Below are positions 50,812 to 64,000 of a stretch of DNA of 64,000 nucleotides, piece after piece (the stretch's first letter is position 1; each line of letters begins with the position of its first letter). The translations under genes were made by a program, and so were the position numbers. A model generated the notes under the pieces. It was not told the DNA's origin and searched no databases. It saw only the letters and a program-made list of their open reading frames with translations. The stretch covers positions 156,054,001 through 156,118,000 of the forward strand of contig OX597814.1 of the NCBI GenBank assembly GCA_951406725.2. The letters are read 5' to 3'. This stretch comes from Octopus vulgaris (lineage: Eukaryota).

Positions 50812-51140
50812 GCGAGAATTCACAAAAAAAAACAAAAGACAAAGACAGATAGTGTAGACAACAAACAGATGTATTAGTATAACGCTCAGGAAGTGAAAAA
50901 GTTTTTAACGTTTCGAGCCTACGCTCTTCCACAGAAAGGAGGACAGAAATAAACAAAGAGAGAAAATAAAGAGAGTAAATAAAGAGAGACAGAATATATT
51001 GTAAACATATATATAAATTTATTATATGTATAGTTAAGATAAATCCCATGTGTATATAACATATAAATCTTTGTGATTCCTATTAGAAAATGAAACACGT
51101 GTAATGGAGAATAAATAATAACCCCCCACCAAAAAAAATT
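50812..51140 (-). mobile_element. PLE-type terminal-repeat fragment with a variant hammerhead at 50903-50938 (core CUGUGGA)
   Basis: CTTT CTGTGGA A GAGC-GTAG-GCTC GAAA CG TT AAAA; begins at a (TA)n tract. Confidence 0.65.
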
Positions 51141-51239
51141 ATATATAATATATGTATGTATGTATTTACGCAGACTTACAGAAAGAATGAAAGAGATAAA
51201 GAAAGATAGTTGAATGGAACCCACAAGTTAACTGGCAAT

Positions 51240-51370
51240 TTATTTATGGAAGTAGGAAGGATGAAAGGCAAAGTTGACCTTGGCAGTGTATAAATTTAGA
51301 TCGCAAGTCCAAACAATTACAGCAGTGCATTTGTCGAGTGCTCTAACGATTCTGTCAATAGACTTCCCCT
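51240..51370 (-). mobile_element. Old SINE family B fragment
   Basis: GGATGAAAGGCAAAGTTGACCTTGGC. Confidence 0.55.
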
Positions 51371-51443
<73 letters not shown>

Positions 51444-51702
51444 ATACACATGAATATGCTAGTGTGTGTGTGTGCTCGTGTACGTGTGTGCGCACACGTA
51501 TATAATGTGTGTAAATATGTGTGTGTACGTACGTACGTACCTTCGTGATGTATATGTGCATGCGTAAGAGTTGAAGTGCGTATGTAAATATGCAGATATG
51601 CCTGTTAAATATTGTTGATATCGGAATATCATTATCTAAATTTGTTGTCCCGTTAGTATTCCTCCTACATATTTATATATTTATGTGTAAATGTGTGTTT
51701 GC

Positions 51703-51738
<36 letters not shown>

Positions 51739-52863
51739 TCTTGTGTATACATACATAGATACACTCCGCAAATATATACAATTTTATGGCAACGTTGCGT
51801 TTCCCTAGAGTAATGGGAAATATTATTACTGAAGTAATAAATTATAAATGTACAATAGACATTTATGGGGGGGAACATCTTCTACGAAACCTATACGGTT
51901 GAGCTAACTTTAACCTATGTATGTAACTTTCTTCATATTCAGAAACTTGGTTTTATCTGATCTTAAAATAGACCAAACCAGTGAAAGAATTTGTGATCCA
52001 CCTCAGACTAAAACGACTTCGAAGAAATAACAGAAAATAATATTTCACTTTTTTTATTGTTTAATATCTGCAATTTGAGGTATTTCTTCGAGTACACGAG
52101 ATTGTTGCGGTCGTTTACCCTCCAGTTAACCCCCACCGAGTATACATAAGAGAAAAGGCGTTACACTGACGACTATGTTGTTCCGGCTGGCAGTTTTTTC
52201 GTCTGTTTATATCAGAATATCATTAACTAAATTTAAATTTAGCTTACTTTGTTGAAATTTAGTTTCCTTTCTTCAACTAACTTAGGGTGTTGTTTGAGGG
52301 AGTTTCGTCGAATTTTTAGAATGCCGAATAATGACCAGTCTCGCTTGTTACTGCATTTAGGCAATTAATTGAAAATGTGTAAATATGTAGCATTTTGACA
52401 TGTGAAATAAATATGTAATTGGTTCAGAAGATCACTAGATTCATTATAATTTTCGTTAAATATAAAACTTATTAATTTGCTGTATGACCGATGAATCACG
52501 AGTCATCTGAATAATCACATATTTAATTGAATCCACAATAGAGGAACAGACTTCCAGTTGTTACCCTTTGATTCTGTTCCGTTCTTATGATGCGATGCAA
52601 GGCAGCGTGCTCAAGAAGATCATTTTGCTATCATGTAATTTTAGGAGGCCTTCGAAAACAATATTCGTCTTGCTGGTTTCCTTTATTCTGACAAAACTAT
52701 ATATAGAGAGTATTCTCTTCCAGTCATTACATTTACTTTTCTATTCATTGAGTATACATTTATATTCATACCGTATGTTCATGTAATATAACATTTTCTT
52801 ATACTTTCCCTTTCAATTAGGCAAGACCTTAGATCAGTCTAACTTCAATATTACAAAAATTAA

Positions 52864-53075
52864 AGGCGGCGAGCTGGCAGAAACGTTAGCATGCCGGGCA
52901 AAAGGCTTAGCAGCATTTCGTCTGTCTTTATGCTCTGAGTTTAAATTCCCCCGAAGTCAACTTTGCCTTTCATCCTCTCCAGGTCGATAAATTATGTACC
53001 AGTTGTGTACTGGGGTCGATCTAATCGACTGGCCCCCTCCCCCAAAATTTCTGGCTTTGTGCCTAGAGTAGAAAA
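52864..53075 (+). mobile_element. SINE family B, alternative tail, imperfect TSD
   Basis: GGCGGCGAGCTGGCAGAAACGTTAGC head; AATATTACAAAAATTA / AATATTACCAAGATTA flanks. Confidence 0.9.
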
Positions 53076-53106
53076 TAATATTACCAAGATTAGTAAAATG
53101 AAATAT

Positions 53107-53370
53107 GGAGGCATATGTCCTCTTGGTTTGGGTTTTGTATTCATGATCGGAAGATTGTAGTTTCGATTCCCTGACGTGGTGATGTGTTGTGTTCTTGACC
53201 GAAACACTTGATTTCACGTTGCTATGGATCATTTTGATATTTGACATGTCGCACACAGTGCACCTGTACATGTAATGTCGATTTGATGGAGAGAATTAGC
53301 TAATGTGCAGCACAAATATTTGATCACTATAATAAACAAATCATCTGTGAAAGATGTTCAACAAGAATTT
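53107..53370 (+). mobile_element. Old tRNA-headed SINE
   Basis: GGAGGCATATG..GATTGTAGTTTCGATTCC head like that of 35350-35612; different body. Confidence 0.6.
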
Positions 53371-54876
53371 GCGGAAATATTTTCCTCAAGCATGATTGAC
53401 TACTAATAAACAGTATGATATATAAAGTAATTAGATAGATTCCTTTAATTTGTTCCGACACTCTGCCGACATTTTGACGCACTTGTCATGAGAGTGTAAT
53501 TCTCGAAATGTAGTCGTTATACTGCTCTACGGTTGCTGTTGTTGTTTAGCTTAAAGATTAACGCTCGTCAAAGAGGTTTGGGTCAGAGTTTGGTGGGTGT
53601 CTTTATCTCTATCATCTCATGTGCTATTCTATATTTAAAACGGTTTAAAACGGATGCAGTTTGAAGGAGGGTGATTTTCCTGCCGTTTCTATTGTTTGGC
53701 GATAATACTGGTCGTAAATATGAGTTATTTTCAATATATTGGATTCTTTCTTTCGAAAGTTTTATTCGAAAAGAGAGGTTTGGGATCTTCTAAAGGTTCA
53801 TACTGATTTTAATGAATGTGATTGTAACTCAATTACTAAAACCAATGCGAATCACAGGTTCCTGGCCATTTGCAAACATTACTTTATTAGTCCACACTAC
53901 TGAACCTAAGTCTCGATATTGTGTCAGTGGCACCATTAGATTAATTCTTATGGAAATAATCTAATCCATATTTTATATTCTGGGGAGAAATTAATATATG
54001 GAGTTTATACAGTATGATGATGAGCTCAGAAACGTGGCACTCTGACAAATATTATATTGTTATCCTTATTATGGAAAACAAATATTTATCATAAGATTTA
54101 TGAATCATGGAAATATCAGTTAAATAAAACGTGAAAATCTGTGATGCACATGTTTTACCATAGTCATTAATTACATAGGTAGAAAGTAAATGCAGATATT
54201 TTTCTCGTTTGTTGAGTTTCTGTTATAGAACCTGGAAGTGGTAACTAATTCTTGAGTCTTTTTTAAAGAAATGCCGCTAAGTGTGATATATTAGTTGAAG
54301 AATAGTAGGAGAGAGAAATCTGCGAAATATTACTGCCTCTTAAACGTCTATGTACAGTGTCCTCTGTTTCTATCTTGAGAACCAACTTGCCGCTGTTGTA
54401 ATTACAAACATTACAGTGTTGTAAGTGTTTTAGTCGTGCCCTCACAGTTGGTTGTGGCAAGTGACTTAATATAGATTTCCTAAGCAATATTCTTTCCGTA
54501 TACTGATGTAGTTCAACTGTGACTAAAATAATTGTATGAACTGAAACCATGATTTAGCATGGTAGCGTTAGGCATGAAAAGTTAGTCCTTGTTTAAATGC
54601 TAAAATTAAATACTAAATGAGACATTCAACTGTTTCGGATAGCCTGAGATGTTACAGATTTTCCGCCCATATACATCACCGATCAGCTAACTTGAAATAT
54701 TATAAGGTTTGCTAATGGGTTATATTATGAGTTTGAAATGAGCGAATTCAGTTTATGTTGTTAAGCAGTTGTAAGTCGACCAAGAATATTTAGCGATTAA
54801 AATCAGGCGTATGTCAAAGGTGTGTAAACTGCCAGCATATAAGCCAGTTAGGTGATGGTATTAATGATAATTGTAA

Positions 54877-55180
54877 GGGCACAATGGCCCAGTGGTTAGG
54901 GCAGCGGACTCGCGGACGGAAGATTGTGGTTTCGATTCCCAGACTGGGCGTTGTGTGTGTTTATTGAGCGAAAACACCTAAAGCTCCCCGAGGTTCCAGC
55001 AGGGTGTGGTGGCGACCCCTGTTATACTCTTTCGCCCCAACTTTCTCTCACTCTCTCTTCCTGTTTCATGAGTAACGCTGCCATGGACTGGCTTCCCGTC
55101 CAGCTTGGGGGAACACATACGCCACAGAAACAAGGAAACCGGGCCCATGAGCCTGGCTAGGCTTGAAAAGGGCGAATAAA
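54877..55180 (+). mobile_element. SINE family C, full length, with a V-domain-like 3' half
   Basis: A box TGGCCCAGTGG, B box GGTTTCGATTCC, then ATGGACTGGCTTCCCGTCCAGC..GAAACCGGGCCCATGAGCC and an A-rich end. Confidence 0.9.
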
Positions 55181-55365
55181 AAGAAAAAGAGACATACAGA
55201 GAAAAATAGGTGATTTAAGACAGGTCTTCTACGCAAGACGAGAGCTGGGTGAATATTTGAGTTCGGAAAATATTGGGGACGGTAGAAGAACTTAGACGAA
55301 TAGGAGTGTAAACTTTGAACCAAAGAGAAATGAATCCTTTCTTGCTATTATCTATGGAGAGAATA

Positions 55366-55580
55366 AGGCGGCGAGCTGGCAGAATCATTAACACGCTGGG
55401 TAAAATGCTTAGTGGCGTTTCGTCCATCCTTACGTTCTAAGTTTAAATTCCGCTGAGGTCGACGTTGTCTTTCATTATTTCGAGGTCGATGGAATAAGCA
55501 CTGTTTATTCACTGGGGTCGATGTAATCGACTAGCCCCCCTACGCCAAAATTTCAGACCTTATACCAATAGTAGAAAGGA
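55366..55580 (+). mobile_element. SINE family B, alternative tail, TSD
   Basis: ATTATCTATGGA(G/A)AGA on both sides. Confidence 0.9.
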
Positions 55581-56017
55581 TTATCTATGGAAAGAGTGGA
55601 AACTACATAGTTGATTTTAGAGATATCGGTACTAGTAATTTCAACTCAAAATTTGAAAAGGCAGAATTAGATGGTTTAGAATTGAATTTAGAGGTTGAGG
55701 GTTAAAAATGATTTATATAGCGCAATTAGTCACACTTATAATTAATGAAGTATTATCTTTACAAGTGAGCAAAATTCCATTGTATATGTAAAGATAAAGA
55801 TAACTTATCCAGTAATTAATCCGTAGTCTATAACCAGTTTATATTTTGACAGTTCTGAATAAATGAATTTTAAATTAGCTCGTGCAATAATTACGCTAGA
55901 ATAAAATCATTAATCCGAAGGGGTGAAGAATGTAACGTTAGTGGTTCTCGCACTTCTGGCAGCGAGGCAGAGATTCAAAGTCACTGAGAAGTAGTAGCTG
56001 ATTATTTAAATTGTTAC

Positions 56018-56181
56018 AGGCGTAGGAATGGCTGTGTGGTAAGTAGCTTGCTTACCAACCATATGGTTCCAGGTTCAGTCTCACTGCGTGGCACCTTGAG
56101 AGAGTGTCTTCTACTATAGCCTCGGACCGACCAAAGTCTTGTGAGTGGATTTGGTAGACGGAAACTGAAATAATCCCGTCG

Positions 56182-56252
<71 letters not shown>

Positions 56253-56470
56253 TTGTATGTTTGTGTGCCAGTGTTTGTACCGCCAACATCGCTTGACAAC
56301 CGATGCTGGTGTGTTTACGTCCCCGTAACTTAGCGGTTCGGCAAAAGAGCCCGATAGAATAAGTACCAGGCTTACAAAGAATAAGTCCTGGGGTCGATTT
56401 GCTCGACTAAAGGCGCTGCTCCAGCATGGCCACAGTCAAATGACTGAAACAAGTAAAATAGTAAAAGAGT
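56018..56470 (+). mobile_element. SINE family A, full length: tRNA-like head, internal (TA)n(TG)n, LINE-like tail
   Basis: TGGCTGTGTGG and GGTTCAGTC boxes; tail GGCGCTGCTCCAGCATGGCCACAGTCAAATGACTGAAACAAG. Confidence 0.9.
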
Positions 56471-57319
56471 TGTTGAAAATAATACATTCCTGAGGTGGAT
56501 CAGTCGTTTAGGCGACATGTCTCGCTTACGTTTAATGCACTTCTGAACTAAAAGTCTATGTAATATATGCAGTGGGAGAAAGTATAAGCACTTTGACTGC
56601 AAGCATGAATACTATTTGTGTTTTTATGGAATTTTATTCCCTATCAAATCTCACCCAGCAAACATAGGAGCTAAAGTATTTCAACTAGATCCATCCTGTC
56701 ATTTCTTTACGTATAATGAAACCTGAATCACATTGCACAATGCATTCTTATGTTTCGTTATGCATTGTTTGTCATGACTCAATATTTTATTATTTGTCTG
56801 TCGTTATGCATCCAAAACATAATAGTAACACTGGCAGAAAAAGAATGGGGAGAGGAAGAAGGGAAGAGGAGGGGGAGAGAGTTAATAAATATGAAATAAT
56901 TTCTAAATAAATAAATCATCCTCTGTCGCTTCTGTCGTCATTTCGATTTTTCTTTTTTATATATATATAAGCATCTTTCTTTTTTATGTTTTTCAAGTAT
57001 TTATTGTACAGACGATATTGTATTTTTTTTTACTAATGACGATGTTTAAGTTGAATAACCTGTAAGAAAATGAGTGGAAAATTATAATCTTCAACATCAA
57101 TAACACCAGTTCCATCCAGTAGGAGCAACAACAATAATAATATAAATAACAAGATCAGCGCAAGAAGCAATAAAGAAATATATGACAGTGTGACAAATAT
57201 AATGACAATGACTGGAATACAAATAACAACACAGCGAACATCAAGAACAGTCACAATAATATTAACAATTCCAGTTATCAAATCTATAACTACTACTGCT
57301 ACTTCTACTAATACACCCC

Positions 57320-57335
57320 ACAACCACCACCGCCG

Positions 57336-57423
<88 letters not shown>

Positions 57424-57440
57424 TGATGATAATAATAATG

Positions 57441-57472
<32 letters not shown>

Positions 57473-57496
57473 GCTGCTGCTGTTGTTGTTGTTGTT
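57320..57496. repeat. Compound (CAC)(TAC)(TAA)(TGC)(TGT) microsatellite
   Basis: Read directly. Confidence 0.9.
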
Positions 57497-57849
57497 AAGC
57501 AACACGATGAGTAAGGGCGATTAAGTGATGGTCTAGGGCTTAGGGGCGGGAGACCCCAGACCTTGCAAAAAAAAGAAGTTTGGTCGTCTTGTAGTCGAGG
57601 GCTCTTCGTTGACGCCCGACACCACTGGGAGGTGGCCCCCGAAGTCGCTGGAAATGGAGATTTCCAGGTCCAAATTCTTGAACGGCCTGCTGCTGCTGCT
57701 ACTGTCGCTGCTGGCAATGAGAGTAGTAACTGGTACTTTTTCTGTATTTCTTTATTTTGGCACAAGCACCACAAGCACATGATATTTTAAGGGAGAGAAG
57801 CTAATCGATACAATCGATTCCATTTCTTAACTCGTACAATAAGTTATGT

Positions 57850-58103
57850 GGAGGCACATGGCCTAGTGGTTAGAGCACAGGCCTCACGGTCGAGGGAACG
57901 CGGGTTCGAATCTCAGATCGGGCGATGTGTGTGTTTATGAGCGAAGCACCTAAGCTCCACTCGGCTCCGGCAGAAGGTAATGGCGAACTTCAGCTGACTC
58001 TTTCGCCACAACTTTCTCTCACTCTTTCCTCCTGCATCTTGCTCACCTGCGACGGGCCAGGCGTGGCTTGAGAGGGAACAAACAACAACAACAACAACAA
58101 CAA
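57850..58103 (+). mobile_element. SINE family C with an (ACA)n tail and a short TSD
   Basis: TGGCCTAGTGG and GGTTCGAATC boxes; GTTATG occurs both before and after. Confidence 0.85.
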
Positions 58104-58109
58104 TATGTT

Positions 58110-58385
58110 ATGAACTTCGAGAGAATGAAAGGTAAAAATGCCCTCGGTGCGATTTGTGACCCACGATATAATGAGGCGGAACAAATACCGCAATATATTT
58201 TTCTGACACTAACGATTCTGCCAATTCATTTGATAGCCACAATGGTTTCTGATTGACTGTTACTTTATCTTATTTACCCGAAAAGATGAAAGGCGAAGTT
58301 GACCTTGGTATTTGAACTCAGAACGTAAAGACGGACGAAATGCTGCTAAGCATTTTGCTATCGATTCTTCCACATCGCCACTCTT
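58110..58385 (-). mobile_element. Two old SINE family B fragments
   Basis: GATGAAAGGCGAAGTTGACCTTGG..TTTGAACTCAGAACGTAAAGACGGACGAAATG. Confidence 0.65.
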
Positions 58386-58519
58386 ATGATAATAATGCGG
58401 ATGGTGATGATTTATTTAATAGTAACCACGGCTCACACCAAGTGATGATATTACTTACACAAAGTTTTTGCACTTAAACAAAATATAAATAATATCAATA
58501 TGGTAATAATGAAATATTA

Positions 58520-60010
58520 AATTCCCCGGTAAGAGGTGACTCCACACAAGCCGTCTCCCTGAAGACTATGTCTGGCATTTTCTCTAAGCTGTTTAACGCC
58601 AATTCTGAAAAGTGAATGCTCAGAGCTCGTCTTTCGCTCTAGATTTGATTGCTGTTCTCACACGAAAGAATTTGCAAGAAGGATCACTTCCTTTTCCACC
58701 CTGAGTTTCCTTTTCTACAGAGGAAAGCATTTGTTTTCAACCCTTTCACTTTTGTCCATCCTATAACCTCTTTCGTCATGGCCACCAGAGAGGGAAGTGA
58801 CATCTACTTTTCCTTTCTGGAAAAAGGAAGAGAGCAGTGCGGTTTTCAAAAGGGACCCATCCTACTGGTAAAAGCAGCGAAAAGGCATAACTTCTTTCAC
58901 CAAGAATGCTCGGACAGTCGAGGGAAACATGAGGGAACACCTGTTCCTCGGAGATTTAGCTGTGTTGATTACATCTACATCTAGTAAACTAATGTCTTCG
59001 AGTAGTTGGTCCTGATTCCAAGTTCGTCCAGGCCACTTGCATTTGCATTAACTATTCTGATTGACGCCATATTTAGTAAAAGGAAGAAATTTAGAATGAC
59101 CTTCATTTAATTCCTTTTGAATGATTAGTGTCCCGTCCTTCCAGATAGATGTGGGTATATTCACGACTAGGTCTTTGTTGGACATTTTGTTGATATTCAC
59201 TAGGAAAGCGCTTATTCCATTGGATTATTTGGTTTCCAAAATGTCTGTTCGTGCTTTGTGTCCTGATGATACTTATAAGTCATGCGATTACTTATATGTC
59301 ATGTGATATAGTTATCATATGTAATTTTTGTTTGTTGACATGTATAGGCCATTAAATTTTGTTAATTGCGTATAAGGCGATGTAGCAACTGATACCTTTT
59401 ACGTTTTGTGTTTTGGGTGTTGCTCCTGCCACGGCTATGATGGTGATCTCAGAGTTTGACCATCACACATATTGCAACAGGATAATATTAGGAAGTGTGT
59501 GACGCAGTAAGCCAGAATGTCATCTTGAATTTCCGCAACATCGATCTTAAAGACCAAGCATATTGTCACTTAATCACTACCTCAGTCGATGGAAATCAAA
59601 ATAATCCGTGTATCAGTGAGGATTTCTTCCAGATTCCCATTTGAAATTAATATAAAGCACTCTCACATTTTGAAAGGTAGAGATATATAATTAAACTTCC
59701 TTTTAAAAATATCTTCAGGTACTGATGCAAAAAATTCCCTAGTATACATTTGTACTCTGAGTGTTGACCTGTAATGAGAACTAGTTTTCGCAGGCAACAT
59801 TGGCAAAAGTATATGCTGTTACTGTTGCCGCTTTCATTGTTAGTTGTTTAATGTGAAACTCTCCTTTCATTCTTGGTAGTAAAAATATCGGTGTTTGCTC
59901 GTTAATATTTGTCATGTTATCTTCTTGCTTGTCAAATTTTTGCTTTTGTATTGATGTTCTTCTTTACAAAATGTTTGGAGGCATATACAAAATACTTGTG
60001 TGCGTATTCA
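58520..60010 (-). mobile_element. Possible very old RLE-type LINE remnant
   Basis: Coding-like composition with faint EQVFPH..VPFEN..RKEK remnants near 58810-58945. No clean motif. Confidence 0.3.
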
Positions 60011-60284
60011 GCAAACGAAGACGATAGCGACATGTCATTTCACAAATAAGTGCATCTTTGTAAAACAAAAAACAACACAAAAAAATGAAACGACAAAACT
60101 GTTTTTTATTCCAACTTGAAAGTGACAGTTAGATAAATGTTCGAAGGTGTAATAATCCAAAAATCATTTTTCTTCATTAAATATCAATACAGCAAACAGA
60201 CACCTCAATGGAGATGAAAACTTCGCTCTCCAGATGCACACAAAAAATGACACTAAATGTGACATCAATAATAATAATAATAAT

Positions 60285-60437
60285 TTCAAATTTTTGCACA
60301 AGGCCAGCAATTCTGGTGGCGGCAGCAAGTCGATTTCATCGACCCAGATGCGCCACCGATACTCATTCATTCGACCCTGAAACAACTTAAAGACGGATTC
60401 TTCGTGGCATGCTAACGATTCTGACATCTCCCCACCT
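60285..60437 (-). mobile_element. Old, internally deleted SINE family B copy
   Basis: GCACAAGGCCAGCAATT..GTCGATTTCATCGACCC..GCTAACGATTCTGACA. Confidence 0.55.
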
Positions 60438-60616
60438 AAATTTCACAAGCAAAGATTATAATAATTATAGTGGTAAAAATTTTGATGATCACAGCAAATA
60501 TAATTTAAAGGAGTAATATTTCATGAAATTATTAATAAAAATTATACTCGTTTAAATGGCATTGCTGCTAGTGCTCTTACTACTAGTACTACTGCTACTA
60601 CTACTACTACTACTAC

Positions 60617-60689
<73 letters not shown>

Positions 60690-61132
60690 ACTACTACTAC
60701 TAAAAATCATCATCATTTATAGAACCACACATATGAATTAACAACCTCATTCTTTTCAGAATATTTTCTCATAAATTAAACTGAAATAAATAATGACATT
60801 TTATCGAAAAGAAAGAAAAATGTAATTAAAAATAACCAAAATATTTGAAATTAATAATTCAATTAGAAATAGACGAAGAAAAAATATTTTCGCAATTGAG
60901 CAAGACGAGGGCTGGCAGATCCACAATAATTTTCAGGGCGTTCGTGTATACGGAGAGGAAGAAAAGTTATTATTAAACCAGTAGCCTGGTCCGAATGCTA
61001 ACAACAGAGTATTCTCTAATGAGGGGATACAAAAGCTAGCTGATGGAGGTAAATAATTCTGGCAACTAATTTGGTCTGCCTCTCAGGAGAGAAACGAGCA
61101 CTCTGTATGCATATATATATATATATATATAT

Positions 61133-61375
61133 AGGGCATTACTATAGATAAATGCCTCACACTAGGAGGGATTCTTAAAGTCAAAACTACCATAATGAAC
61201 ACATTGTACCGAACGCGAGGAAATTAAACTCCCGAAGCGAGCCTGGCTGAATCCGTTTTTAAAACACTCGCTTCGAGAGTTGCATTCCCTCACGTTCGGT
61301 GAAATGTGTTTATTATCGTAGCTTTGACTTTAAGAGTTCCTCTTAGGGTGAAGCATTTATGTATAATAATTCCCT
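61133..61375. mobile_element. MITE-like imperfect palindrome with ~108-bp arms and a 25-nt loop
   Basis: AGGGCATTACTATA..CGAAGCGAG (61133-61241) versus CTCGCTTCG..TATAATAATTCCCT (61267-61375). Confidence 0.75.
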
Positions 61376-61558
61376 TAGTATAAATAAATATATTTAAAGG
61401 GAATAATTAATAAATTTTTCCCTTATGAGGTTTTTCACACTAACTACTTGATAAATTCTTATAAAGATTCATACTATTTTTAATTTGTATATACATGTGT
61501 GTGTGTGTGTGTGTGTATACATAAATACATACATGTATATATATATATAGATATATTC

Positions 61559-61592
<34 letters not shown>

Positions 61593-61594
61593 AT

Positions 61595-62640
61595 GAGTTA
61601 GAGGTTACACAACCATCTAAGGGATAATAAATATCCACTACACTACTTGGTGTATACCTACGTATTCATATCCAAGTGCTTACTATTGCAGGGCAGTATC
61701 GCAGTTGACTACTAGTTACGAGTGTGGGTAAACCGGAAATTTACCCAGAATTTTATGGCACATGAGAAAATGGAGAGGATAATCAAGCGACAACTTCAGC
61801 CTGTAACACACATTTACATCTATTTATTAATTGATTACAATCATATGTATAAGGAATCAAAATAAATAAATGAAGTAAGCAAATAAAGAAGTAAATAATT
61901 AGATAAATAAAAATAAACAAATGAATAAGAATAAACGAGTGAAAAATACTAAGGTATTACAGCTGTTTCTACTATGGGGTTGCCCAATCTACCAAGTTTT
62001 CCAAATAATACCAGTAATATACATGGTTTTTAAAAAACTTAAACAAACATTGGACAGGAGTTGGACAATGACTGAAGCCCCCAAAGCTTCATCAGAAAAA
62101 CTAAAATGTTATGAATCTAACATGTGAGGAAGTAGGGTAACGTGATACAATAAAATAATAATATAGTAAAAATTGTAAGGAATGGTAAAAACGTCAATTC
62201 CAAATCAATGGGATTACATCTTATGGTAAAGAAAGTCACTTCCAGGAGTAATTTCCACAGGTTATGAGAGTTACATGCTATTTCAATTTTACTGGGGGAA
62301 CTAGCGAGGATACGACGTTGAGCAGTGAGTTTAATGGGATGGCCTATATCACAGGGGTCAAAAGTTAGTGGCTAACTGCTATTTAATAGAGCATCATAAA
62401 AAGAATTGAGAAAGTCAACTAATGTGATCTTGTTTGGGGAAATCAATACATAAGTATATTAATAAAAGAATAATTTAGGTAAAACCTTAGTGCGATGTTA
62501 TTACTCATTACTTATTAACTTAATAAGTAACGTATTACTTATACATATGATTGTAACCACTTAATAGATAGATATAAATGAATGTCTACAGGCTGATGTT
62601 TGTCGATTGATTATCCTCTCCATTTTCTTATTTGCCTTAT
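61595..62640 (-). mobile_element. Older fold-back element between TA/TG tracts; arms ~61757-61857 / 62535-62638
   Basis: AGAAAATGGAGAGGATAATCAA..TTACAATCATATGTATAAG versus CTTATACATATGATTGTAA..TTGATTATCCTCTCCATTTTCT. Confidence 0.7.
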
Positions 62641-62689
62641 ATATATATTTATATACATATATATAGTTGAAAAATATCGTTATATGTAT

Positions 62690-63383
62690 AAAAGTACCAT
62701 AAACAATTATAGACAATGGAGGAAAAGATGATGTTGAATCAAAATTAGATTTAATATAAAATAGGATTCAATAGATACACGCGTTTCAAAGGACAATACA
62801 AATATGTAAGGAAAAAATTATAACCATAGTAATCATAATTAAATTTATGCATTGTCATTTTCATCAGTGTAAGAATTAACTCATTATCCTCGAATGAAAA
62901 CTTTTTTAATAAGCATAAAGATTATTACAATCTGGCTCTTAGAAATGCTGGTTATAAATATCAAATTAAGTACAACAAATTTAATAATGATTTTTCCAGT
63001 CATAACAACAGCTATATGGATGTGAATTCCAATGAACATGCCACAATTTCTAAACACCATCAGGAATTGGAACGCCTTGGCACACAACTTAAATCTACGA
63101 AGTATATTTGTAACGATAACTCCACCATAAGAATTAAAAAGATTTGAACAACTATGGACCAAATAACAACACTTCTACTAACCATTTTTCTACCAATACC
63201 AATATTTCTAATAAGATAAACAATTGTAATGTCACTGGCAGTTATTACAAGAAAAACATTAACATAACCGGAAATAATAACACAAAGCAAAGTCTTATCA
63301 CAAAAATCTTATTTCTTCACATACTCTAACTCTCCCACACAACTACATAACCAACTCTAATGATGTCAAATATTTTCTTAATG

Positions 63384-63467
<84 letters not shown>

Positions 63468-64000
63468 TTAATAATAACATTAAGAAGAAGAAGAATAGCA
63501 TTGTTAGTGATGGTGTTAATGCGAGAAGTAAAAAGAAACCTATACCTTTTTTTCCGAATGGGTGCCCCATCTAATAAAAACCACCATACCAATAAGAAAC
63601 ACAATAATAACATAATTTGAATTATATTTCCTTTTGCTAAACATTTGAAGTCCAATATCATAAAGTCTATTCGTTCTATAATTAAATCTAATTTTATTAA
63701 ATCTAGATACGCTGGGATATTCAATAACAGAATGATTAGATTAGGTTTTTCTGTTTCTCCTAACTTACTTAGGATTATTTCTTCCTTTAACAGTAGAAAA
63801 CTAAATCTTTACTACAAGAATTTAACCCCCCTCTAATATTTATACTAACCTCAATTATTCAAATAGCTCTGTATCTTTACCAACGATTCCCATACTCACA
63901 TAAACTCTTCCTCTATTAAAATACATAAACATAACAATAGTACGCCTAATATTAGTAACAATTGTAACTGTATCAGTTTATCAGCTGTGAGTTTAAAGGT
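62690..64000 (+). mobile_element. Penelope-like element ORF remnant (RT C-terminus and linker), running off the window
   Basis: ISVRINSLSSNENFFNKHKDYYNLALRNAGYKYQIKY (~62862-62972). ORF 63645-63836 contains GIFNNRMIRLGFSVSPNLLRIISSFNSRKL. CNC at ~63963. Confidence 0.75.

Noticed and set aside
57515-57720. GC-rich patch inside ORF 57262-57780
   Set aside because: The ORF is mostly microsatellite, with no recognisable product or repeat match in the window.
57850-57925. tRNA gene candidates (also 54877-54945 and 6625-6700)
   Set aside because: A and B boxes are present, but there is no full cloverleaf and each continues into a SINE body.

Overview
AT-rich, microsatellite-dense eukaryotic non-genic DNA. 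The SINE families and (TA)n/(CA)n/(TAA)n tracts suggest an octopus or other coleoid cephalopod (inference, not database-verified). I found no intact host gene; almost all long ORFs in the track are microsatellite artefacts. The recognisable content is retroelement debris: a Tx1/L1-clade LINE remnant, two R4/Dong-type RLE LINE remnants, a young CR1-like LINE 3' fragment, about 25 tRNA-type SINE copies, two Helitron-like elements and several Penelope-like element (PLE) remnants. The main signal is a repeated architecture. At least six sequence-unrelated fold-back elements, most sitting in (TA)n tracts, have one full arm and one truncated inverted arm. Five fold-backs carry outward-facing minimal hammerhead-ribozyme (HHR) motifs, intact or decayed; the largest has ~1.1 kb near-identical arms. 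A separate three-copy family carries a non-canonical HHR core (CUGUNGA). The CR1-like LINE shares a covarying 3' stem-loop with one SINE family, suggesting a LINE-SINE partnership.
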